Below are positions 52,201 through 63,695 of a stretch of DNA of 64,000 nucleotides, in pieces. Made by a program: the position numbers and the translations under genes. Source of the DNA: Scenedesmus sp. PABB004 (taxonomy: Eukaryota); the NCBI GenBank assembly GCA_014905635.1, contig JABVCE010000024.1, forward strand, positions 434,001 to 498,000, given 5' to 3'. Under the pieces are notes generated by a model. The model had not been told where the DNA came from. It saw only the letters and a program-made list of their open reading frames with translations, and made no database searches. Positions within the stretch are counted from its first letter, which is position 1. Each line of letters starts with the position of its first letter.

Positions 52201-55200
52201 ACACTGCCAGGCACGACCGCCAGGTCGGGCGAGGTGTTGATCTGCGGGAGCAAGGGGCAGCAGCGGGGCGCGGCGGGTGCGCGGCGAGCGCCGGCTCGAC
52301 GGGAGCAGCCAACACAACAAGCGCACGCCGGTCGCAACGCCTCTGCCCCGGCACTCACGCAGCAGGTCGCGTTGCCTGGGGTGGTGCTGCTGGCGTTGGC
52401 AGCGTTGGAGCTGTAGCCGGTCGGGCAGGCAAACGCGGCGCCGTTGGTGAAGAAGCGGCCGCACGTCGGCACCACGGTCAGCTGCCCAGGTGCGGGCCCG
52501 TTGTTATCCGTGTTGAGCTCAACCGGCGTCGACACAGCGGCAGTGTAGTTGAAGGTGCCGGGCGCGCCCGGCACGACCACCTCGATCGACACGTTGACGT
52601 TGCCGCCAGCCAGAATGGGCCCCGCGATGGCACATGTCACATTCTGCCCCGACGCCGTGCAGCCTGGCCGGCGCGTGCACGCGCGCGCGTGCGCACACAG
52701 CAGCAGCACAGTCGGGGCGGACGGCGGTGTGTCAGCGCCCGGCCGGCCGCACGCTGGGCGAGCGGCCGTGGGACTGCCGGCGCGGCGGCGAGCCAAGAGC
52801 GCGCGCGCGCACAGGGCACACACACGCACCTGGGCCGCTGGTGAAGTTGGTGCCTGGCGGCAGCACGATGGTCAGGGTCGCGTTGGCCGCGATGCCAGGG
52901 CCAGCGTTGGTCACCGTGATGGGCAGCGAGGCGATGGCGCCCGGCAAACGGCCGGTGACACTGCCAGGCACGACCGCCAGGTCGGGCGAGGTGTTGATCT
53001 GCGGGAGCAAGGGGCAGCAGCGGGGCGCGGCGGGTGCGCGGCGAGCGCCGGCTCGACGGGAGCAGCCAACACAACAAGCGCACGCCGGTCGCAACGCCTC
53101 TGCCCCGGCACTCACGCAGCAGGTCGCGTTGCCTGGGGTGGTGCTGCTGGCGTTGGCAGCGTTGGAGCTGTAGCCGGTCGGGCAGGCAAACGCGGCGCCG
53201 TTGGTGAAGAAGCGGCCGCACGTCGGCACCACGGTCAGCTGCCCAGGTGCGGGCCCGTTGTTATCCGTGTTGAGCTCAACCGGCGTCGACACAGCGGCAG
53301 TGTAGTTGAAGGTGCCGGGCGCGCCCGGCACGACCACCTCGATCGACACGTTGACGTTGCCGCCAGCCAGAATGGGCCCCGCGATGGCACATGTCACATT
53401 CTGCCCCGACGCCGTGCAGCCTGGCCGGCGCGTGCACGCGCGCGCGTGCGCACACAGCAGCAGCACAGTCGGGGCGGACGGCGGTGTGTCAGCGCCCGGC
53501 CGGCCGCACGCTTGGCGAGCGGCCGTGGGACTGCCGGCGCGGCGGCGAGCCAAGAGCGCGCGCGCGCACAGGGCACACACACGCACCTGGGCCGCTGGTG
53601 AAGTTGGTGCCTGGCGGCAGCACGATGGTCAGGGTCGCGTTGGCCGCGATGCCAGGGCCAGCGTTGGTCACCGTGATGGGCAGCGAGGCGATGGCGCCCG
53701 GCAAACGGCCGGCGACACTGCCAGGCACGACCGCCAGGTCGGGCGAGGTGTTGATCTGCGGGAGCAAGGGGCAGCAGCGGGGCGCGGCGGGTGCGCGGCG
53801 AGCGCCGGCTCGACGGGAGCAGCCAACACAACAAGCGCACGCCGGTCGCAACGCCTCTGCCCCGGCACTCACGCAGCAGGTCGCGTTGCCTGGGGTGGTG
53901 CTGTTGACTCTGTCGGCGTTGGAGCTGTAGCCGGTCGGGCAGGCAAACGGGGTGCCGTCGGTGAAGTAGCGGCCGCACGTCGGCGCCGCGGGCTGCGGCC
54001 CGCTGCACGCCGCGCGGGCGATGCTCTGTATCAGGTCATTGAGCTTGGTGAAGTCGGACGATGAGAACGAGTTGCCCTGCGCGCGCAGCCAGGCCTGATC
54101 GTTGGCAGGGATGTCCGAGCCGACCATGATCGAGATGAAGGTCATGTTGGCCCTGCGCATGGCGTCGGCTGCGGCAGCGGACACGGGGTGCTGGTTATGG
54201 CGCGCGCCCGGGACCGCCGCCGCAGCACGCACCGGCCGCCGCGCCGCACCGTGCGCAATCGCCAGCTTGATGGGGCACCCGGACGTCTTGCCAGAGGTGT
54301 CAGTGCAGGATCCAGAATCGCACTTGCAGTCGGGCGGGGCGTTGCTGTACTTGTTCGCGCCGCCGTCGGTGAGCAGCACCACCACGCGGGGCAGGCGGCC
54401 CGTGTAGCGCGCCAGGACGCCAGACGCGGCCCCGCTGGCGTCGACGGCGTAGCACTGGCGCAGCCCGCTCTCGGTGTTGGTCCAACCTGGGTTCCATGAG
54501 CGGGCGCGGAGCGCCTTTTCCGCCGCGTCGGCGCTCGTGAGGTCGGCGACCGTGGTCGCCCTGTCGGAAAACGTCGCCACGCCAAACTGCGACGACGCTG
54601 CGGGCAGTCGCGGCGCCGCGGCGGCAGCCGGGCGGGCGGTCAGCCTGCGACCATTGGGGGGCAGGGGCAGGGGGCGCGGGCGCTGCGTGCGGCCGCCCAC
54701 GTGCGGCACTGGAGATGCTGGCCATCATGTTGGACACAAAGTCCACAGACGCTTTGTAGCCCGCCTCCTTGATTGACACAGACTCGTCAACGACAAAACA
54801 CATGACGATGGGGCACCCGTCGCTGCCCCCATCGCCCGTGGCGGGCGTGGTGGTGACGGCAGTGGTGGTGGTGACGACTGTCGGCACCACCTCGGCCGGC
54901 GTCGTCGCCGGCGACCCGGCGCACACCGCCGCGGCGACGCTCTGCACGAGCCCGCCGAGCGTAGTGTAGTTGGCCGTGGCCAAGTTGGCGCTGCTCTGCT
55001 CGCGCAGCCAGGTCTTTGTGCCTTCACTGCCTGACAGGCTCAGTGTCTGCACTCCAACCGCCACGATGCGAATGCTGGCATCGCGGATGGCGGTCGCTGC
55101 GGCAATGGCACGTGCGGCGGTGCGGGGGGCGGCAGCCTCAGGGCGCGGGCGCCCTGCGCCCGGCCGGCGCACGCGAGGCGCAGCGCACGCGTGCCGCCGC

Positions 55201-55928
55201 GCCGCGCCGCACCGCGCACGGTCGCCAATTTGATGGGGCACCCGAGGGCGCTGCCAGAGGCATCAGTGCAAAACTCAGAAGAGCAGGTGCAGTCAGGCGC
55301 GGCACTGTACGCGTTGATGCTGCTGCCGAGCAGCAGCACCACCACGCGTGGCATGTCGGCCGCCGCGGCGGCTGCAAGGACGCCAGACGCGGCCCCGCTG
55401 GCGTCGACAGCGTAGCATTGGCGCAGCCCAGCTTCCAGGTTGGTGAACCCGCCTTGTGTCCAGGCGCGGTTGCGGAGCGCCGTTGCCGCGGCGTCGGCGC
55501 TCGCGAGGTTGGCGATTGTGGTCGCCGTTGAATTGAAGCTCACCGTGCCAAACTGCGACGACGACGCTGGGGTGGTTGCGGCGCCGCGGCAGCGGGCGGG
55601 CGCGCGGTCAACAGCGGCCCGCTCTGTTGAAGCGCCCCGGGGGGGGGGGGGGGGGGGGGGGGATGCCGCGGCTCAGCTGCGTACTTGAGCCGCCGGCGAT
55701 GGCGCCGATCACGTCGGCCGCAAAGTTCATCGACGCGTTGAACGCTGGCGCGTTGACGGAAACCGACGCGCTGACCGCAAAGCACACGGCGACGCGGCAG
55801 GGCTGCGCGCGCGCCGCGGGCGCGACCGCGAGCAGCGCCGCCAGCAGCAGCGGCAGCGCCAGTCGCGCGAGGCGCCCCGGGCGGTGGCGCGCATGCGCCC
55901 CAGCCGCAGCGGCGCCGCCGGTCGACAT
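49296..55928 (-). CDS. Secreted protein: 2 VWA domains, 5 DUF11/Ig-like domains alternating with Cys-rich modules, and a Cys-rich C-terminal domain
   Basis: Signal LALPLLLAALLAVAPAARA; VWA2 CFVVDESVSI..WTNT..VVVLLTDG; repeats PDLAV..ITVTNAGPG.AANATLTIVLPPG.NFTS|GCT..VTC..ELNTDNN; module TCG..FACPTGYS..NATCC. Confidence 0.85.
50842..53960 (-). repeat. 757-bp tandem repeat (about 4 near-identical units of 2 exons + 2 introns)
   Basis: The ORF track recurs at a 757-nt period (51035, 51792, 52549, 53306). Confidence 0.97.
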
Positions 55929-56460
55929 CGCCGCCGCCCTGGGTGACGCCTGCGCGCGCAAAGGGCGGCGACGGGCGGGGATCAGCCGGGCGGCGGCCGG
56001 CAAACGTCGGGTGGTGGGCGAGCGTGGGTCCGCGGCGCCCCGCCCCGGCTGCCGGGTGCGCGGCGGGGGCCGACGGCTCGCCGATGCTGGTCCGCCGATG
56101 GCCCGGCGTGCACGGTGCGCCTGGCCACCCGGCGCTGGGCGCAGGCTGGTTCTAGGCATGCGGAAGCGCTTGGGACTCAGCGGCACAGCTGCGCGCGGCC
56201 ACCCGGCGCACCAGCGCGCTGGAGAAGGATGGGATGGCGACGCCGGTCCTCGCCGGGCCGCGCCGGGCTCGTTGGGAGCGCGCGCGCGTCCTCTGCTACC
56301 CACGGCCCGGGGGCGTGACTGGGCGAGCAGGGATCGCCCACGGCTGCTCGTGGAGCGCTGGCTGTTTGCTTCTCTTCGCGCCTCCCACGCAGGCGGCGCG
56401 CTCGTGCGCGAGTTCCCGGGCGGTCGCGAGATCAGGGCCGCGCGGAGGCGCGCGCGGGGT

Positions 56461-56528
56461 GCCATGGCGAACTCGCACCGGTCGCCGCGCGCGGTCGCCA
56501 TGGCGAACTCGCACCGGTCGCCGCGCGC
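56461..56528. repeat. 36-bp-period direct repeat x2
   Basis: GCCATGGCGAACTCGCACCGGTCGCCGCGCGC occurs twice. Confidence 0.8.
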
Positions 56529-56682
56529 GCGCGCGGCCGACGCGCTGGCATGAGACAGGCGTGTGCGGGGGAGCTTTTTCACGCGGCAGGGCATCTCCGC
56601 GCGCACGCAGCGCCGCGCCTGCAGGCTGCACGCGCCGCGCTGCGCCGCCGGCGCGCTGGCGATGGCGCGCCTCGTGCGGCAT

Positions 56683-58298
56683 CGCGCCTTGCGTGTCAGG
56701 CTCTCCACGAGGCCACGCAGCTCCGCGACCTCGGCCTGCGCGCGGTGGTGGCAGAGAGCGGGGCTCGTGCGTGGCACGCCGCGCCCGCGCCGCGGCCTGG
56801 CCGTGGGCGCCCGCCCGCCAGCGAGCGCCGCCCACCTGCTGCGCCTGGCAGCGCCGCTCCAGGCGCACCGCCAGCTGCTCCCGCTTCCACCACGGCGGCC
56901 TCCTTGGCGGCGCGCAGCTCCGCGGCCTCGTCGCGCGCAAAGTGGAGCTGCAGCCCCGCCTCCTCGGCCGCCTGCTGCACCGCGCGGAGCGCCGACTCCA
57001 GCTGCACCAGCTTGGCTGCAGCGCCTCGCGGCCGGGCGCGGCGCTCAGGCGTCGTCGGCGTGCCACCGGCGCCGGTGGCGCCGCCGCCGCCGCCGCTGCC
57101 GCCGCCGCTGCCGCACCTTCTGCCGCCTCGCCCGCGCGCCCCCGATCGCGCAGCGCCGGCTGCAGCGTGTCAACCTGCCCCCGCAGCAGCTCCAGCTCGG
57201 CCGCCTGCTGCAGGTCCTGCGGCGAGCACGGCGCCGGGCGCCGCGAGGTCGTGGGCGCCCGGCTGCCGCGAGCCGCCGAGCCGGCGCCGCGAGTGCGCAG
57301 CGCGCCAGCGCGCTCGGCGTCTGCTCCACGCCTGCTGCTGCGCACCTCGCCGCGGACGCTGTTCTGCAGCGCCTCGTGCTCCCGCCGCAGCTGCACAAAC
57401 TGCTGCTGCGCCGCCTCGGCCTCCCTGGCGATCGCCTCGCACTTGGCTCGCAGCGGCGACTCCACCTCCTCCAGCAGCCGCAGGCGCAGCAGGTCCAGGT
57501 CGCTGCTCGTGCGGGCGGCGGTGGTGGCGGCGGCGGTGTGCAGCAGTGTGCAGGCAGCGCTCGCGCTCGTGCTCGCGCGCCCCGGCGGTTCGCATTCGCC
57601 GCGGCACGCGCGCGCACCTGGGCTCCAGCACCTGCGCGCGTGCCTCCTCAAACTGGCGCTGCTTCTCCTCCAGCTCCGCGCGCCAGCTCTCGCACAGCGC
57701 CTGGTACTGCTGTTCAACGGAGGCCTGACAGCGCCGCGGTGGCGCGGCGAGGTGGCGCGGCGGCGCCGTGGGGCCGTGCGGCGCGGCAGCGCTGCCGCGC
57801 CGGCGGCTGCAGCGGCAAGCATGCGCGCCCGGGCGGCGCGCACCCGCTCCCGCTTGAGCGCCTCGTGGATCTGCTGCAGCTGTCGGTGGGAGCCGACCAG
57901 GGCGAGGTGCAGGGCCTTGAGCTGCGCGGGTGGCGGCGGCGCAGTCAAAACGGGCCGCGACAGCTGCTGCTGCTGCAGGCGCTGCGCCGCACGGCCCACG
58001 CGCGCGCTCCCCCGCCCCGCACGTTGCTGAAGTTGCGACCCAGCTGCGCGTTCTCCCGGCGCAGCTGCTTCAGCAGCAGCACCGCCTTGCGCAGGTCCTG
58101 GGCGGCGGAGCAGCGGCGGGCGCGCGAGCGGCGTCGGCGCGGCCGCCCTTCCCCTGCGCCGGCCCCGCGGCGCTTGCCGGGCGGTCACTACCAGGCCCAG
58201 CCCACCTCCACCTCTCCCCCCGGTCCGCCCTCGTCGCCGGACGGCGCCGCTGGGGCGTCGCTGTCGCTGACATCGGGCGTCGCGTCGTCGCTGGCCAT
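56683..58298 (-). pseudogene. CEP83: Truncated, frameshifted duplicate of the CEP83 5' half (duplication copy B extends to about 58521)
   Basis: Homology ends mid-exon after LTRKAR; +1 indel near 56885 (ccgcttccaccac vs ccgctctaccac). Confidence 0.85.
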
Positions 58299-58600
58299 GC
58301 TCGCGGCGTGCGCGCTCGTCGTGCGGCAAGCGGCGCCCGTGTCTGGCAGGGGGCCGGGCTGCGGGCGGGGCGGGGTGGCGCCTGTGGGGCCCTGGCGGGT
58401 TGTGACAGGGCAGGAGCGCACCACGCGCTCGCCGGGTCGGCTGGCAGACGATCACCGCGACGGTGCGGCTCCTGCTTCGTCGACGCAGGCGGTGCACGGC
58501 CGGGCGGCGCGACGCCTGCGCACAGCGCGGCACACGCCGCGCCCCCTCCTGCTCCTCCTCGCTCGCTCGCTCGGCGGCGCGCGCGCCGACTGACGCCGCG

Positions 58601-60903
58601 ATGTCGACGCACAGCGGCGCGAGCCACGCCGCGGCGGGCGTGGCCGCGCTGTTCAAGGAGACGTCGCTGCAGGACTTGATGAGCGCGCAAAGCGTGGTCA
58701 TACTCAAGGACACCGCCACGGTCGACCAGGCACTCAAGGCAGGCCGGCCCCGGGCGCGCGGGGGCGCCCGGGGCGGGGGACGCCATTCCCAGCAGCAGCA
58801 GCGCCCCACCGCCGCCCCACTGCGCCATGCCGGCGCCCGGCGCGGCCCTGACGGGCGGTCCAGGCGCCAGGGCCGCGCCGGGCGGCCGGCAGCAGCGCCG
58901 CGGGCGCCGGGGGCGCCGCGGCGGCGCGCGCGGCAGCGGCACCCGCGCGGCGCCGCCGCTGCCGCCCGCCGCCCACCGCCCGCCCCGCGCGGCGCAGACG
59001 CTGGCGGCGCGGCGCATCCTCTCGGCGCCCGTGGTGTCCACCGCCGACGCGGACAAGGTGCGCGGGCGCACGCGCACGCCGCGCCGCCGCACGCGTCGCG
59101 CCGCCGCGCGACCCAGCCCGCCCCATGCCGGCGCCCGCCCGCAGGCCGGCTGCGGCTGCCTGGGCCCGATGCTCGGCCCGGCCGTGCCCCCGGGCGCGCA
59201 CTGGCCGCAGGGGCGCGGCCTGAGCGACGCGGGGGCCATCCTGGGCTTCCTGGACGTGCGCGACGTGCTGAGCAGCTTCCTCGCGGGTGCGCGCCGCCAG
59301 GGGCGGCGGCGGCAGCGGCAGCAGGGGCGGCAGCGGCAGCGGCAGCAGGGGCGGCAGCGGCAGCGGCAGCAGGGGCGGCAGCGCCAGCGCCGCCAGGGGC
59401 GGCAGCGGCAGCGGCGGCAGGGGCGGCAGCGGCAGCGCCGCCAGGGGCGGCGGCGGCAGCGGCGGCAGGGGCGGCAGCGGCAGCAGGGGCGGCGGCGGCA
59501 GCGGCAGCGGGGGCTGCGGCAGCAGCAGCAGCGGCGGCGGCAGCAGCGGCGGCGGCGGCGGCGGGGGCTCGCCGCGGCGGCCGACGCGCGCCGCCGCCGC
59601 CGCGGCGCAGACCTGGACGTGGAGAGGCTGGGGGGCATGAAGATGCTGCAGCGCATGCGCCTTCTCGAGGAGCGCGGCGCGGCGTACGCGACGACGATGC
59701 TGAAGGACCTCAAGGTCTTTGGTGAGCCCTGGGGGGGGGGAGCTAGGGCTCAGGGCTTTAGGGTTTGGGGCTCAGGGGAAGGGGGGGAGGGGGGGGGAGG
59801 GGGGGGGGAGGGCAAGGGAGGGCAAGGCAAGGCAGGGGGGGGGGCAAGGGAGGGAGGCGGCGGGCAGCTCGAGGGAGGCAGGGAGCGCGCGGGCCGCGGG
59901 GGGGGGGGGGGGGGCCAGGGGCCAGCGCGCACCTGACCCCGCACCGCCCCCCCCCCCTCCTGGGTCAGGCGGCGACGGCGACTTCCTGCCCGCCAACGAG
60001 GCGAGCAAGACGACGCTGATGGAGGTCGTGCTGCACGGCCTGCTGCAGCCCAAGGACAGGCGCGGCGCGCGCGGCGCGCCCCCGGCGGCGCGGGCGGCGC
60101 GCGGCCCCCGCCGGCCCCGCCGCCGAGCCTGCCCCCCCCCCCCCCCCCCCCCCCCCCAGGGGCTCGCACACCGGGCGGCACATCATCAGCGGCACGGTGC
60201 ACCGCGTCGGCATCTACGACACCCACTTCCGCCTCACCAACATCATCAGCCAGACAGACATCGTCAAGTGAGGGGGGCCGGTGGGGCCTCCCCCTCGGGG
60301 GCAGCGCGGGCGGGGCGGGGCGGGGCGGGGCGGGGCGGGGCGGGGCGGGGCGGGGCGGGGCGGGGCGGGGCGGGGCGGGGCGGGGCGGGCGGGTGGGTGG
60401 GGGGGTGGGGTAGGGGGGGGGGCCCTTGCGCGCGCGCCCCGGGGCAGGGCGGGCGCGCGGCCCCTTGCGCGGCGCGGAAGGGGAGGGGGGTGCGGGGGGC
60501 ACTCGCGGCCGCCGCCGCCGCCGCCGGCAGCCGCCGCCGTCCTCCCCCCTCGTCCGCTGCCGTCGGCCGCCGTCGACCGCTAAACCCCGCCCGCGCGCCC
60601 GCCGCCCTAAACCCCGGGCCCCAGGTTCCTGCACATGAACCCCGACGCCCTCGGCGAGCTTGGGGGCCAGACGGCGGAGGAGCTCGGCTGGACGGCGCGG
60701 CCGGTCGTGAGCCTCGGCCCCGACGTCAGCGCGATCGAGGTGCGCGGCGCCCCGCACGCGCGCGGCGCCCGCGGCACGCGCGGCGCGCGCGGCGCCCCGC
60801 CCGCGCGCGTGCGCACCCGCCGCCGCCCGCTCGCCCGGGGCCCGCTCGCCCGGCGCCGCCCGCCGCGCGGTCGTGCGAACGCAGCCGCACCCCGCCCCCG
60901 CCG

Positions 60904-60944
<41 letters not shown>

Positions 60945-62449
60945 CTGCACCCCGCTGCACCCCTCGAAACCCCGCCAACCTCAACCCTGCTGCACCCCGC
61001 TGCACCCCTCTTAACCCCGCCAACCTCACCCCCGCTGCACCACGCTGCACCCCACTAAACCCCGCTGCACCCCACTAAACCCCGCTGCACCCCACTAAAC
61101 CCCCAGGCGATGACGCTGATGAACGAGCGCCAGATCAACGCCGTCGCGGTCGTGGACGGGGTGGGCAAGATCATCGGCAACTTCAGCGTCAGCGAGATGC
61201 GGTGCGGGCGGGGCGTAGGGCTTTGCGGCCGGCGGGGCCAAGACAGGGGGCGGGGCCAGGGGGCGGGGCCAGGGGGGCGTGTGGGGGCCGCGAGGGGGAC
61301 CAAGGGGCAGGGGCGCCTCCACGCGCGCTGCTCGCTCACGCGCGGCCCGCCGTCCCCCGATTGCCCCCCAGGTCGATCATGGCGGAGCACTTTGGCGCGC
61401 TCTCCCTGCCCGTGGGTGCGCCTTCCCCCTGCCCCCACCCACCCCACCCTGCGCTGCGCTGCGCGCCGCACTGCCCGCCGCGCGCCGCGCGCTCGCCCGC
61501 CGCGCCGCCGCCGCGCGAGCGTCGAAAACCGCGCCCGGGCCCCCGCTAAACCCTAAACCCTGTGCCCCGCCGCCCCGCGCCGCTAAACCCCAGGCGAGTT
61601 CCTCGCGCTCGAGCACGGCACCGAGTTCCAGGGCTACTCCCACATCCACGAGCAGGAGGTCGTCGCGAGCAAGGGCCACAAGTGCGCGGGCGCCGGGGGT
61701 TTAGGGGTTTAGGGGTTCAGGGTCGTGTGCGTGTGTGCGCATGTGTGTGTGTGTGTGTTGTGTGGCGAGGGCGGGGCCGCCGGCCCAAGCCCGCGCCTGT
61801 GCGTGCGCCCTGCTGGCCCCAGCTCAGTCTCATGCCCTTAACTAAACCCTCGCCCCCCTCACCCCCCTAAACCGCCCCCCCCCCACAGGTTCATCACCGA
61901 CCGCATCGCGCGCGCGCGCCCGCGCACGCCCGGGGAGGAGGTCGGCCAGGCGCTCGTGCTCGTCACGCCGCAGGTGCGCCGCGCCGCGCCGCTGCGCCGC
62001 CGTGCCGCGCCGCTGTGCTGCCCACGCCCGCCCACACACCGCGCCCGCCGCGCCGGACTAAACCGTACCCGCGCCCGCCCGCCAAACCGCGCCGCCCGGG
62101 CCTCCGCCCGCTAAACCGCGCCGCGCCCGCGCGCTCAACCCCGCAGACGCCGCTGCTGGAGGTCATCGACAAGATTGTGAGCAACCGCATCCACCGCGTG
62201 TACATCATCGACGACGCGGAGCGCCCGGTCGGCGTGGTCACGTGCACCGACGTCGTGCGGCTCGTCGTGCGCGTGACGCGCAAGGCGCTGCTCGACGGCA
62301 GCGCCCACGGCGGCGCCGCCGGCGAGGGCGGCGAGGGCGACGAGCAGCAGCAGGCGGGGCAGCAGCAGCAGCAGCAGCCGGCGGCGGCGGCGGGCGCGGA
62401 CGCGGACGCGTCGGAAGCGCGCGCGCCAGAGGCGGCGCCGCCGCAGTAG
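58601..62449 (+). CDS. CBS-domain protein, SNF4/AMPK-gamma (KING)-like, 12 exons
   Basis: TVDQALK|TLAARRILSAPV, GFLDVRDVL, VHRVGIYD..NIISQTDIVK, INAVAVVD..IIGNFSVSEM, IHRVYIID..PVGVVTCTDV; ends in TAG. Confidence 0.88.
59295..59565. repeat. Intronic minisatellite of about 24-nt CAGGGGCGGCAGCGG-type units
   Basis: Visible tandem units inside a CBS-gene intron. Confidence 0.8.
60306..60390 (+). repeat. (CGGGG)n pentamer tract in an intron
   Basis: Visible perfect array. Confidence 0.9.
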
Positions 62450-63006
62450 TGGCGGCGGCGCCGTGCGCGCGGGCGCGGCGCGCGGTTGCCAAGTTGCCAA
62501 GTTGAGGGGGGGGGGCAGCTGCGACGCTGCCGGCTCAAACAGTATCAGTATCGGGAGGGAGAGCGAGCGAGCGAGAGCGAGCGCGCGGCGCGGCGCGGCC
62601 GGGCGGCGCGCGGCGGTGCGTGCGTCATGTGTGCTGCGGCGACTGAGCGACGGCGCTTCGCGGGCCTGCAGCGTGCTCAGGGGCGTAACCTGCTGCTTAC
62701 TCGCAAGGGCGCGGCGCGCCTCGGGCAGCTGGGCCAGGGGGGCCCTCTGCACGCACACGGACAGACACAGACCGACAGACACAGACCATAACCCTGCACA
62801 GATTGACAGTCCCGCGAGACCAGGCGCCACCAGACCTGCACATGGACCCCCCGGCCGCAGGGGTGCATGTCGCAGCACCGCGCCGCGCCGGCGGCCCCTC
62901 CGCTCCCACCCGCTCCCACCGCTCAGCCGCGCGGCGCGCCCGGCGAGGGGCGCCCGGCGCTGGAACACAGCTGCACACCGCTGCACACGTCCACGCGGCG
63001 CCCGAC

Positions 63007-63363
63007 TCACATGAAGGGCCACGTCGTCGGCAGCGCGCCGGGCGCGTGCGCGGCGGCGCCGCGCGTCGCCGCCGGCGCCGCGCCCGCCTTGCTGGTGCTC
63101 GCTCGGTGGTGGTGGTGGTGGTGGTGCGGCGCCGGCCGGAACATCGCCGCCAGCCAGGCGTCCAGGAAGGCGCGGCGAGGGGGCGGCGCCGGCGCGCCGG
63201 CGGCCCCCGCTGAGGCCGCGCGCCGCTTCGCGGCGCCGCCGCCGTGGCCGTGCACGCTCGCCGCCCCGCCGGTGCACTTGTCTCGCCGCACGGTCGCGAG
63301 CATGCGCTCCGCCAGGCGGTGCGAGCGCTGCTCGCGCTCCAGGGCGCCGCAGGGCCAGGCCAT
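63007..63363 (-). CDS. Hypothetical small intronless protein with a His tract
   Basis: MAWPCGALEREQRSHRLAERML..AFLDAWLAAMFRPAPHHHHHHH..TWPFM; good start context, no recognisable domain. Confidence 0.35.
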   Translation of the reverse strand: MAWPCGALEREQRSHRLAERMLATVRRDKCTGGAASVHGHGGGAAKRRAASAGAAGAPAPPPRRAFLDAWLAAMFRPAPHHHHHHHRASTSKAGAAPAATRGAAAHAPGALPTTWPFM

Positions 63364-63695
63364 GGACAGCGCGCGGGCGTGTGGCACGAGTGGCGGCGTG
63401 CGCACGCGGCGAGTGTGTGCGTGTGGCGCGCTCGCGAGTGAGATGGGCAGCGACACCCGAGCTCGCAGGGCCGCGACCGCGGCTCAGGGGCTGGGGCACG
63501 GGCGGAGGTGGTCCCGACCGATGGACCGCGCGGTCCACGCCCGCTGGGGTCAGCCCGCAAAAGCCCCGCCGCGCCGCCAGCAGCAGGCGTCACAAGCTCA
63601 GAGCGCTCTCCGGACGCCAGCAGCGCTCCAAAAGCACCCTCCTCAGCAGCTGGCCCCCGGCGCCCTCACTCGCGCGCCCCCAGCACGCCGGCGCC

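Noticed and set aside
50842..53960. Regular repeat array as CRISPR or mobile element
   Set aside because: The units are 757-bp coding cassettes with no unique spacers and no cas or transposase genes.
45343..58521. Direct repeats as LTRs of a retrotransposon
   Set aside because: The repeats are host gene sequence with introns, and there is no gag/pol between them.
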